A stretch of DNA of 64,000 nucleotides. It comes from Abditibacterium sp. (lineage in GTDB: Bacteria > Armatimonadota > Abditibacteriia > Abditibacteriales > Abditibacteriaceae). The notes beneath the pieces are model-generated. The model was not told the DNA's origin and searched no databases. It saw only the letters and a list, made by a program, of their open reading frames with translations. How positions within the stretch are numbered: position 1 is the first letter of the stretch; each line of letters begins with the position of its first letter. The position numbers and the translations under genes are program-made. The stretch lies in contig CBDASK010000003.1 in NCBI GenBank assembly GCA_965199495.1, forward strand, positions 1,984,001 to 2,048,000, read 5' to 3'. Of this stretch, positions 20,117 to 28,409 are shown one piece after another.

Positions 20117-20511
20117 TGTGCGTCCTCCTTGAGGGTCTCGATGGTTTTCACGGGGACGGGCGGTGTCGCCGATTTGATTTTTTTAATGCCGACGAGGGCG
20201 GCCACTCCGGCGATAATGAGCAGCACAACCGCCACGATGAGCGCCGCCGCCCAGACGGGCAACACCAGCGAAAGAGCCGCCACCGCCGCCGCCAAGATGA
20301 CGAAAAAAGCGGCCAATCCCATCACAGCCGCCACGACGAGCGCGGCGGCTCCGACAGCCAAACCGGCGATTTTGCCGGTGATTTCGGTTTTGGCGAGCTG
20401 GACTTCCTGCCGCACGAGCGCGCTCACTTGCGCGGACAAATCGGCAAATAAGTCGCCCAACGATTTTTGTGGCGTTGGTAATTGCGCCGGGTCTTTAGGT
20501 TCGATTCGCAT
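20092..20511 (-). CDS. Phage_holin_3_6-family membrane protein
   Basis: SLGDLFADLSAQVSALVRQEVQLAKTE, two TMs, P.KTIETLKEDAQWLK. Confidence 0.82.
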   Translation of the reverse strand: MRIEPKDPAQLPTPQKSLGDLFADLSAQVSALVRQEVQLAKTEITGKIAGLAVGAAALVVAAVMGLAAFFVILAAAVAALSLVLPVWAAALIVAVVLLIIAGVAALVGIKKIKSATPPVPVKTIETLKEDAQWLKNQVK

Positions 20512-20670
20512 GAATGATTTCCTTTAATTTTTCGTTCGTCGGGATTATCGAACTCCAATCGCGTGCCAGAACAAAGCCAACGAGCGCGCGTAAATCTCTC
20601 GCGCTAATTTTAGCATCTTTCGCGCGTTAAGCAGAACCGGATAGTGGGTTTGAATGCGTAAACTGAGCGA

Positions 20671-21000
20671 TTGATGAATTCTCACGCAGAAATCAAAACG
20701 CTCTGGGAAGAATTTCAGGCATTACCGTTTCCCAGAGGTTCTAAAACAGAAGATTTAACCGTAGATTTGGCGGGCAATGAGGCTTATTCTGGCGGTTGCA
20801 TCGGCGTGTTTGTCGAAACCGGAAATCTTGACGAGGGGCGTGCGTGGATTTTGAACAATTGCGTTAATGGCTTACGCGAATTAAAAGCACGGTGCACTCC
20901 AGAAGATGATCTTCAAAAAGAATACATCCACAAATTGCTTGCGCTTTCAGAAAAAGTATTGGATGCCATAGATGAAAACGGCAATTGGCTATTACTCTGA
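20671..21000 (+). CDS. Hypothetical protein
   Basis: 109-aa ORF filling an intergenic gap; TAAACT 6 nt upstream; start TTG 20671 or ATG 20674. Confidence 0.55.
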   Translation: MMNSHAEIKTLWEEFQALPFPRGSKTEDLTVDLAGNEAYSGGCIGVFVETGNLDEGRAWILNNCVNGLRELKARCTPEDDLQKEYIHKLLALSEKVLDAIDENGNWLLL

Positions 21001-21101
21001 TTAAACCGACATTCACGTTCAAATAATCCGCACGGTTTGGACGAAACGTTCGCGCGGCGCCAATAGCCACGGCGAGGGCGCGTTATGGTAAAAATTAATT
21101 T

Positions 21102-21677
21102 ATGGATTTACGAGCGTTAATTCAAGCCGAATTAGATCGCGGCGAAAAATTGCTGTGGTTTGGCGCGCCGTTGCCCGCGCGCGTGGCTGATCAAGAAAAA
21201 GGCACGAAAAGCGGTGGCATTGTCGGCGCCTTATTCCTCGTGTTCTGGTTGTGCCTCGTGGGATTCATCGGTTTTGGGAGCGGCAACGGGGGCGCGCCCG
21301 CGTTTTTCAAAGTTTTCATGGGCGTGATGTTCCTGTTTGGCGTGGCCATGTTGATTTACGTTCTGAGTTTGACTGGCGCGCCCGCCAAAGCTGCCGCCAA
21401 AGCGCAGAATACGGTTTACGCCGTGACCGACAAACGTTTGATCGTTTTGGTTGCCGGACAAGGCGCGCGTTCTTTCACGCCGCGCGACATCGAGCGCGTC
21501 GAGCGGCGCGATACGCCCGATGGACGCGGCGATGTGCTGTTCGCCCGTGAGCGCGAAGAGGGTTATATGGATAGCAACCATCACCATCACGAGCGCTGGA
21601 AAGATTTGGGCTTTTTTGGCATCGAGAACGCGCGCGAAGTCGAACGGTTGATTCGCACTGAGTTATTGAAATCGTGA
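21102..21677 (+). CDS. Two-TM protein with bacterial PH-like C-terminal domain
   Basis: GEKLLW.G.P, two TMs, YAVTDKRLIV, GRGDVLF, FFGIENAREVERLI. Confidence 0.65.
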   Translation: MDLRALIQAELDRGEKLLWFGAPLPARVADQEKGTKSGGIVGALFLVFWLCLVGFIGFGSGNGGAPAFFKVFMGVMFLFGVAMLIYVLSLTGAPAKAAAKAQNTVYAVTDKRLIVLVAGQGARSFTPRDIERVERRDTPDGRGDVLFAREREEGYMDSNHHHHERWKDLGFFGIENAREVERLIRTELLKS

Positions 21678-21822
21678 CGTTTGTGCCGCGCGTCAACCGG
21701 AACTTTGCGGCGTCCCTTGCGTTGGTTTATTCGACTCGTTAAAATGCGAGAGCCTTTGCAAAAGCGGGGGCACGACAGGGCCGACGGAGTTAAGCCGTCA
21801 GCGGCCAAGGAAAAACACTCAC

Positions 21823-22224
21823 ATGATTATCATTACCGACCGCGCTGCCACCGAAGTGAAAGGACTTTTGGAGCGCCAGGAAAAACCCGACGCGATGTTG
21901 CGCGTTTTTGTCTCCGGCGGCGGTTGCTCCGGCTTTCAATACGGCATGACCCTCGAAGAAGAGGGCATGGAAGGCGACGAGAACTTTGATGTCAACGGCG
22001 TCAAAGTCATCATTGACCCACGCTCAGCGCAATATTTGGAAGGCGCCAACATTGATTTCGTGGACAACCTGATGGGCGGCGGTTTTAAAATCGACAATCC
22101 CAACGCCAAATCGAGCTGCGGTTGCGGCCATTCGTTCACACCCAAAGATGGCGAAGAAGGCGACATGGAACCGGCGGCTGCCGGAAGCGGTTGCGGTTCG
22201 TGTTCGTCGGGCGGCGGATTCTAA
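21823..22224 (+). CDS. erpA: Fe-S cluster carrier (HesB/IscA/ErpA family)
   Basis: LRVFVSGGGCSGFQYGM; NPNAKSSCGCGHSF. Confidence 0.9.
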   Translation: MIIITDRAATEVKGLLERQEKPDAMLRVFVSGGGCSGFQYGMTLEEEGMEGDENFDVNGVKVIIDPRSAQYLEGANIDFVDNLMGGGFKIDNPNAKSSCGCGHSFTPKDGEEGDMEPAAAGSGCGSCSSGGGF

Positions 22225-22230
22225 TTTAAA

Positions 22231-22325
22231 GGGACAAGTGACAAGGAGCAGGGAACAAGGGAAATGCGGCGCGATATTTTGTGGCGCTGCTTTCTCCTTG
22301 TTCCCTGCTCCTTGTCACTTGTCCC
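22231..22325. repeat. 30-bp perfect inverted repeat made of heptamer units
   Basis: GGGACAA GTGACAA GGAGCAG GGAACAA GG, with the reverse complement at 22296-22325. Confidence 0.85.
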
Positions 22326-22334
22326 ACTTGATTT

Positions 22335-23165
22335 ATGAAATTAGGCGCTCATCTTCCCACATCCAAAGGTTTCTCCGCCGCGCTCAAACAAGCGCAGGAA
22401 CTCAATCTCGATTGTCTGCAACTCTTCTCCAAAACGCCGCGCCAATGGAAAGCCAAGCCGCTCGATCCCGAATTGATGGCGCAGTGGCGTTTAGAGTGGG
22501 CCGCTTCGGGTTTGGGGCCGCTCGTGATTCACGATTCGTATTTAATTAACTTGGCCGCGCCCGTGGCTGATACGTTGGAGAAATCGGTCGCCGCGATGAT
22601 TGACGAAATCGAGCGCGCCGAGCAGATGAATTGCGATTATTTGGTCACGCATTGCGGGGCGCATCTGGGTTCGGGCGAGGACGCGGGCGTCGAACAATTG
22701 GCGAGTTCGCTGATGCAATGTCTGGAGAAAACCGCCGAGGCGAAAGTTAAAATCGCGCTCGAAATCACGGCGGGACAAGGCACCTGTCTGGGCGGGCCGT
22801 TCGAGCATATCGGCGCGGTTTTGAAATCTTTGGAAAGCGACCGTCTGGCGGTTTGTTTCGATACCTGCCACGCATGGGCGGCGGGCCACGATTTAGTCAA
22901 TAATCTCGACGGCGTGATGCGCGATTTCGATGAGCAAATCGGCTTCGAGAATTTGGCGGTTATTCATCTCAACGATTCCAAAGGCAAATTGGGCAGCCAT
23001 CTGGATCGACACGATCATTTGGGCGAAGGCGAATTGGGCGAAGCCGCGTTGCGCGCGTTTATCAATTATCCGAAATTGAAAGATTTGCCGTTCATTCTGG
23101 AAACGCCCGAAACCGAAGAACGCATTGCCGACAATGTAGCCACGGCGCGTCGGTTGGCGAATTGA
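22335..23165 (+). CDS. nfo: Endonuclease IV
   Basis: LGAH, QLFSKTPRQW, HDSYLINLA, EITAGQG, CFDTCHAWAAG, HLNDSK, DRHDHLG, ILETP. Confidence 0.95.
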   Translation: MKLGAHLPTSKGFSAALKQAQELNLDCLQLFSKTPRQWKAKPLDPELMAQWRLEWAASGLGPLVIHDSYLINLAAPVADTLEKSVAAMIDEIERAEQMNCDYLVTHCGAHLGSGEDAGVEQLASSLMQCLEKTAEAKVKIALEITAGQGTCLGGPFEHIGAVLKSLESDRLAVCFDTCHAWAAGHDLVNNLDGVMRDFDEQIGFENLAVIHLNDSKGKLGSHLDRHDHLGEGELGEAALRAFINYPKLKDLPFILETPETEERIADNVATARRLAN

Positions 23166-23192
23166 TATTGGTCTTTGGAAGGGCCGCAGCAT

Positions 23193-23227
23193 AAAAAGTG
23201 TTGGCGAATGGTTCGCCAACACTTTTT
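23193..23227. terminator. Bidirectional terminator between nfo and recN
   Basis: AAAAAGTGTTGGCGAA-TGG-TTCGCCAACACTTTTT. Confidence 0.85.
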
Positions 23228-23230
23228 TGT

Positions 23231-24937
23231 TCACTTTTTCCCGCGCTTTTTCGCCGTCGAAACGCCCGCGTCTTTGAGCAGCGTCTTCGCGTGTTCCAAG
23301 TTCGCGCGACTTTCGCTGCCCATCATGCGCGCCAATTCCTCGACGCGCGCGGGGCCGTCGAGCGGCGTCACGTCCACAGTGGTCGCTTCGTCGCCCGCCG
23401 CTTTGACGACGCGAAAATGATGGTCGGCGCGCTTGGCGATTTGCGGCAGGTGCGTGATACAAAAAACCTGATGATACTTGGCGATGTGGCTCATCTTTTC
23501 GCCGACTTTCTCGGCAGTTAAACCACCGATGCCGGTGTCAATTTCGTCGAAAATTACAATCGGCACGCGATGTTCGGCTTCGGTATCGCGCAAAACCGAG
23601 CGTAAACCGAGCATCACGCGCGAAATTTCGCCGCCCGACGCGATTTTGGCGAGCGGACGAAGCGGCTGGCCGGGGTTGGCCGAAAGCAGAAATTCGACGC
23701 GGTCAATGCCGTCGGACGCGGCTTTTTCCAATTTTTCAAAACCAATTTCAAAACGCGCTTTTTCCATCGCCAAGCCGGAAAGTTGCTCGACGACTTCGCT
23801 CGAAAACTGCGTCGCCAACTTTTTGCGGTCGTCCGACAATCGGTTCGCCAATTCGTAATATTCACTTTTGCGCGCGGCGGCTTCGGCTTTGAGTTCGGCG
23901 ATCTGTTCGTCGCTCAAGTTTAATTCACCGATTTCGGTTTCGATTTGCGCGCGATATTCCAACACTTCCGAAACCGTCGCGCCGTATTTGCGCTTGAGAC
24001 GATTGATTTTGTGCAGTCTCGATTCGATCTGTTCCAAGCGCGCCGGGTCGGCGTCCAAGGTTTCGGCGTAAGCGCGCGCGGATTCGGCGGTGTCTTCTAA
24101 ATCCAAAATCGCGCTTTGCATGCGCTCCACCCATTCGGCGATGCTGGCATCGGTCGCCTCAATTTCGCGCGCGGCTTTCAAGCCTTGGCGCGCCAAACCT
24201 AAGGCACCCAACTCTTCGTCGCCCCACAAGCTGCCGACGCACAGCGCAGCGCTCAAGCGTAAACCTTCGGAGTTGAGCAGGCGCGCGCGTTCTTCGGCGA
24301 TCTCTTCGTCTTCGTCGGGTGTAAGTTTGGCTTTGTCTATTTCCGCCGCCTGATCTTGCAGCGTATCCAAACGTTGCACGCGCGCCTGTTCGTTGCGCGA
24401 AAGTTCGGCGACCGCGCGTGCAGCCACGCGCCATTGCTTATGGGCATCTCGCACTTGATCTTTGAGTTCGCCGTGGCTGCTGTCGCCGAACTCGTCCAAA
24501 AACAGCAGATGCGCGTCGGGCGACAATAACATTTGGTTCTCGTGTTGGCCATGCAAATCCACCAGAAAACTGCCCAACTCGCGCAGGCCCGTCGCCGTGG
24601 CTAAACGTCCGTTGAGTCGCACGCGCGAACGGCCCGACGATTCAACTTCGCGCGCCACGATGAGCGCGTCATCGTCAACGGGAAAGCCGTGTTCTTCGAG
24701 CCAGTGCCGCGCGCGCGGCGCGTTGGTCAAATCGAAGGCGCCTTCGACAATGGCGCGGCCTTGCACGTTGCCGACCTGTTCGGCGGCGGCGCGCTCGCCC
24801 AGCAAAAGTCCCAGCGCCTGAATCAGGATAGACTTGCCCGCGCCGGTCTCGCCGGTTAATGTGTTGAAGCCCGCGCCGGGCGCGATTTCGGCCCGTTCGA
24901 TTAAAGCAAAATTCGAGATGCGAAGTTCGAGAAGCAC
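23231..24937 (-). CDS. recN: DNA repair protein RecN
   Basis: GTG start (LLELRISNFALIE), TGETGAGKS, ASGGEISRVML, FDEIDTGIGG, ITHLPQIA. Confidence 0.96.
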   Translation of the reverse strand: MLLELRISNFALIERAEIAPGAGFNTLTGETGAGKSILIQALGLLLGERAAAEQVGNVQGRAIVEGAFDLTNAPRARHWLEEHGFPVDDDALIVAREVESSGRSRVRLNGRLATATGLRELGSFLVDLHGQHENQMLLSPDAHLLFLDEFGDSSHGELKDQVRDAHKQWRVAARAVAELSRNEQARVQRLDTLQDQAAEIDKAKLTPDEDEEIAEERARLLNSEGLRLSAALCVGSLWGDEELGALGLARQGLKAAREIEATDASIAEWVERMQSAILDLEDTAESARAYAETLDADPARLEQIESRLHKINRLKRKYGATVSEVLEYRAQIETEIGELNLSDEQIAELKAEAAARKSEYYELANRLSDDRKKLATQFSSEVVEQLSGLAMEKARFEIGFEKLEKAASDGIDRVEFLLSANPGQPLRPLAKIASGGEISRVMLGLRSVLRDTEAEHRVPIVIFDEIDTGIGGLTAEKVGEKMSHIAKYHQVFCITHLPQIAKRADHHFRVVKAAGDEATTVDVTPLDGPARVEELARMMGSESRANLEHAKTLLKDAGVSTAKKRGKK

Positions 24938-24980
24938 GATCTTAGTTTCGCTAATTTGAAGCCACTGAAACGAAAATTTT

Positions 24981-25097
24981 TTAGCCACAAAGAACACAAG
25001 GGGGCACAAAGAGGGAGCAGAACTATTTTTATATTTTTGCTTTTACAAATTAATTTCTTGGCCCTTCTTTGTGCCTCTTTGTGTTCTTTGTGGCTAA
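24981..25097. repeat. Imperfect inverted repeat of nonamer units (CACAAAGAA family)
   Basis: TTAGCCACAAAGAACACAAGGGGGCACAAAGA ... TCTTTGTGCCTCTTTGTGTTCTTTGTGGCTAA. Confidence 0.8.
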
Positions 25098-25543
25098 TTT
25101 TCAAACGCCGCGCGCACATCGTCAATAAAGCGGCTCCAAACCGCGTCGGGCGAACGGATTTGCAGCATACGCGCGCGGGCGAGGCTTTCGTCTTCGCCTT
25201 CGACGAGCGTGCGATACAAATAAACCAACGCCGAAACGCGCACGTTGGCGGCGCAGTGAACCAAAATCGTGCGGCCCTGATGCGCGTTCATTACGCCCGC
25301 GAAACTGAGAAAATCCGAGACCAACGGTTGCCCAAAGATAATCGGCAAATGCGCGTAAATCATGCCGTTTTCCATGACCAATTGCGCTTCATTGGCCAGA
25401 TAACCGTGCGCGCCGGGCGGCGCCGTATTAATCACGACTTGCACGCCCGACTGCGCAATGGACGCGAAATCGGCGGGCGCGGGTTGGCCCGCCGTCAATA
25501 AGCGCGGCGAAACCTGTAAAAATGCGGGCAGATGTTCGAGCAT
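25094..25543 (-). CDS. Tyrosine-phosphatase-like protein (DUF442/BLH-phosphatase type)
   Basis: TAGQP..ADF, VINTAP, LVHCAANVRVS (CX5R); ATG at 25543. Confidence 0.8.
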   Translation of the reverse strand: MLEHLPAFLQVSPRLLTAGQPAPADFASIAQSGVQVVINTAPPGAHGYLANEAQLVMENGMIYAHLPIIFGQPLVSDFLSFAGVMNAHQGRTILVHCAANVRVSALVYLYRTLVEGEDESLARARMLQIRSPDAVWSRFIDDVRAAFEN

Positions 25544-25560
25544 ACCCGGAAGTTTAATCG

Positions 25561-27261
25561 CTAATTTTCGTCGTTGACGCGGTAAACCTCGCGTTCGATG
25601 AAAATGCGCAGCGCGTCCGCGTCGAGTTTGCCCAGCGCGGCTTCCTGACTCAGGATGCGCAGCGCCAGTTCGGGCGGCAAAGCGCGTTTGTAGGGACGGT
25701 CGGCGGCGGTGAGGGCGTCGTAAACGTCGGCGATGCCCATGAGTTTGGCGCCGAAGGGAATCTCGCTCAAAGCCAAGCCTTGCGGATAGCCCGAACCGTC
25801 CAAACGCTCGTGATGCGAGCGCGCAATGCTTGGCACATTGCTGAGAGTGGATGTCCACGGGATTTGCTTGAGAAATTCGTAGGACATCTGCGCGTGCTGC
25901 TGAATCTGGCGAAACTCGACGGGCGTGAGCGTGCCGCGCACCACGCGCAACGCGTCGGCTTCGGTTTCGGTCAGCAGAGGCCGTGATTGGCCGCGCGCAT
26001 CCAGATAACACATCTCGGTCAGGCGCGAGATGCCCGCGCGCGCGGCGGCCCAGGTTTCGTCCGAATACGGCTCCTGCATTGGATCGTTGATGATCTCAAT
26101 CGCCTCGAAATCGGCGCGCAGACGAGCGATGCGCTCCTCCATCGCCAGTTGGTAGACCTCGTGGCTGGTGCTGGCGTCGGGGGCACCGCTATGCCACAAC
26201 TGCAACTGCTGACGCACGCAATCGGCCTCCCACTGGCGTTGCAAAATCAGCACGCGCGCCTCGATTTCGGCGAACTCAGTGAACGTGATTTTATGACTTT
26301 TGGTCAAAACCGCCTCGCGCACGCCGATTTTGCCGAAGTCGTGTAACAGACACGCATAACGCAACTCGCGCATTTGCAATGGGGTCACTTCGCATTGAGC
26401 GAGTGGGCCAGCGTTGGCTTCGTTGATGGCCTGCGCCAACGCCAACGTCAAATTGGTCACGCGTTTCGAGTGGCCCGAAGTGGTCGGGTCGCGACTTTCA
26501 ATGGCGCTCGAAGCGGCTTCGACCAAGGCTTCAAACAGGCTTTCGATTTCGCGCAGCAGCAGATTGTTATTCAGAGCCACCGCCGCCTGCGAAGCCAGCG
26601 TCGCGGCCAGATCGGTCATCTCTTCGTCGAAACCCAGCACTTCGCGCTCGACGATTGCGGGCGTCGTCAGGCGCGTTTGGTGATTTTGCTTGCGGTTGAT
26701 AAGCTGCAAAACGCCGATGGTTTCGCCGACGTGGTTTTTTAGCGGCACGACCAAAACTGACTTGGTGCGATAATTATGCTCCTGATCGAAACGTGGATTG
26801 AAGCGAAACGGCATTGCGTCCGGCAACTGATAAACGTCGTCAAAGCGCAAAATCTCGCCAGAAAAAGCGGCGTAACCGGCCAGACTGTTAGCGCCCACCA
26901 CAAATGTCATATTGTCGGTATCAACCGTAATCGAATCGTTCTGAGAGGCGCGAAAAAACAGGTTTTTGCTGCCATTTTCGGCGGTCTCCACAATGTAAAG
27001 CGAGCCGCCATCCGAGGCCGTCAAATCGCGCGCGGCGGTTAGAATCATCCGCAGCAACAAGTGAATATCGCGTTCGGCGGACAGCGCCAGACCGATCTCC
27101 GAAAGATGGCGCAGACGCCGCGCCGCGACCGAAACCTCGCTGTTATCGCCCAACGCCGCCGAAACCTGCGGCGCGCTCAGCGGCGACAACGCCATCGGAA
27201 CGATGCCAGCGCCAACCGAAAGATCGGATGACAAAGTTGGAGTTCGCCGAGAGTTATTCAT
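25561..27261 (-). CDS. GAF + HD-GYP cyclic-dinucleotide phosphodiesterase
   Basis: GAF (YRTKSVLVVPL..IGVLQLIN), RDPTTSGHSKRV, LLHDFGKIG, HHERLDGSGYP, IADVYDALT. Confidence 0.92.
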   Translation of the reverse strand: MNNSRRTPTLSSDLSVGAGIVPMALSPLSAPQVSAALGDNSEVSVAARRLRHLSEIGLALSAERDIHLLLRMILTAARDLTASDGGSLYIVETAENGSKNLFFRASQNDSITVDTDNMTFVVGANSLAGYAAFSGEILRFDDVYQLPDAMPFRFNPRFDQEHNYRTKSVLVVPLKNHVGETIGVLQLINRKQNHQTRLTTPAIVEREVLGFDEEMTDLAATLASQAAVALNNNLLLREIESLFEALVEAASSAIESRDPTTSGHSKRVTNLTLALAQAINEANAGPLAQCEVTPLQMRELRYACLLHDFGKIGVREAVLTKSHKITFTEFAEIEARVLILQRQWEADCVRQQLQLWHSGAPDASTSHEVYQLAMEERIARLRADFEAIEIINDPMQEPYSDETWAAARAGISRLTEMCYLDARGQSRPLLTETEADALRVVRGTLTPVEFRQIQQHAQMSYEFLKQIPWTSTLSNVPSIARSHHERLDGSGYPQGLALSEIPFGAKLMGIADVYDALTAADRPYKRALPPELALRILSQEAALGKLDADALRIFIEREVYRVNDEN

Positions 27262-27262
27262 C

Positions 27263-27347
27263 AGGAAAGGATCGAGGCTGAAAAATCAAGGATAAAGAAA
27301 AGTGTGCCAAGGATTTATCCTTTATCCTTCAGCTTTTATCCTTTCCT
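27263..27347. repeat. Degenerate inverted repeat of AGGATAA-like heptamers
   Basis: AGGAAAGGATCGAGGCTGAAAAATCAAGGATAAA ... TTTATCCTTTATCCTTCAGCTTTTATCCTTTCCT. Confidence 0.6.
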
Positions 27348-28276
27348 CAATCGCCCCACGCCATTTTGAGGCGCAAACGCGCGTAAAACGAATCTTTGGG
27401 GTCGCGCAGCAGACGCGCGACCATCGAAGATCGCCGCACGCGCACCACATCGCCGGGTCTTAAAATAACACCAACTTGGCCATCTAAAGTCAACATCGTA
27501 TCGAGACGTTCCTGCTGCACTTCGTCGCCCTCCCATTCGGCGCGCACATCCACGGTTTCGTTGGCGCCCACGACAATCGGACGTTGATTAAGCGTGTGCG
27601 CGCAAATCGGCGCGCACAACAACAGCTCGACATCGGGCGGCACAATCGGGCCGCCCGCCGACAGCGCATAAGCCGTCGAGCCGGTCGGCGTCGAAACGAT
27701 GAGGCCGTCGGCGCGGATTTGCGCGACCAATTCGGTATCGGCATAGATGGACAAACGCAAAATGCGCGCGAGCGCGCTTTTGGCGACAACGGCATCGTTG
27801 AGCGCGATGCCGCCGCCGATTTCCAGAGCCGAGGTATCGGAGTTCGGGTCGGCCAAAACCGCCGCCAACCGGTCGGCGTCGTCGCAGCGCAAAACGCGCG
27901 CATCAATCATCATGCGCTTTTCGACTTCAAATTCGCCGTTCATCAGACGCGCGAACGCGCTTTCGATGGCATCGGGCCGCACCGTGGACAAAAATCCCAG
28001 ACGGCCCAAATCAACCGCCAAAACCGGCGTCTCGAATTGGGCCGCCGCGCGCGCCGCCGCCAAAACGCCGCCGTCGCCCGACAGACAAATCAGCACGTCG
28101 CAACGCGCGACTTCGTCGTTGACCAGACAACCGTCGCCGCCTTGCAGTGGCGGTGGCTCTTGCTCGAACTGCTCGCGAACTTCGAGGCCCGCGGCCCGCG
28201 CCAACTCCGCCAACTGGCGCCCCAACAACACCGCCTGCGGCTTGCCGGGCGCCGCAAAAATACCGATAGAATTCAT
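27347..28276 (-). CDS. nadK: NAD kinase
   Basis: SGDGG, GRLGFL, ALND, ADGLIVSTPTGSTAYALSAGGP. Confidence 0.95.
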   Translation of the reverse strand: MNSIGIFAAPGKPQAVLLGRQLAELARAAGLEVREQFEQEPPPLQGGDGCLVNDEVARCDVLICLSGDGGVLAAARAAAQFETPVLAVDLGRLGFLSTVRPDAIESAFARLMNGEFEVEKRMMIDARVLRCDDADRLAAVLADPNSDTSALEIGGGIALNDAVVAKSALARILRLSIYADTELVAQIRADGLIVSTPTGSTAYALSAGGPIVPPDVELLLCAPICAHTLNQRPIVVGANETVDVRAEWEGDEVQQERLDTMLTLDGQVGVILRPGDVVRVRRSSMVARLLRDPKDSFYARLRLKMAWGD

Positions 28277-28409
28277 ATTTTTCAGGAGACAGGATACAGG
28301 AGACGAGGGAGACGGGAACAGCAAGTTATGTTACAACAACGATTTGTTCTCCCTCGTATTTATCAAATTCCCGTCTCCCTCGTCTCCTGTATCCTGTCTC
28401 CTGAAAAAT
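28277..28409. repeat. 42-bp perfect inverted repeat of CAGGAGA-like heptamers filling the whole intergenic space
   Basis: Arms 28277-28318 and 28368-28409 are exact reverse complements. Confidence 0.9.

Noticed and set aside
19715..20511. Holin-family gene as evidence of a prophage
   Set aside because: The holin_3_6 + DUF3618 pair is a common chromosomal pair; no phage genes nearby
21779..21806. Hairpin GGCCGACGGAGTTAAGCCGTCAGCGGCC upstream of erpA as a riboswitch
   Set aside because: Only superficial similarity to fluoride or c-di-GMP motifs; required downstream elements not seen; an Rfam scan would be needed
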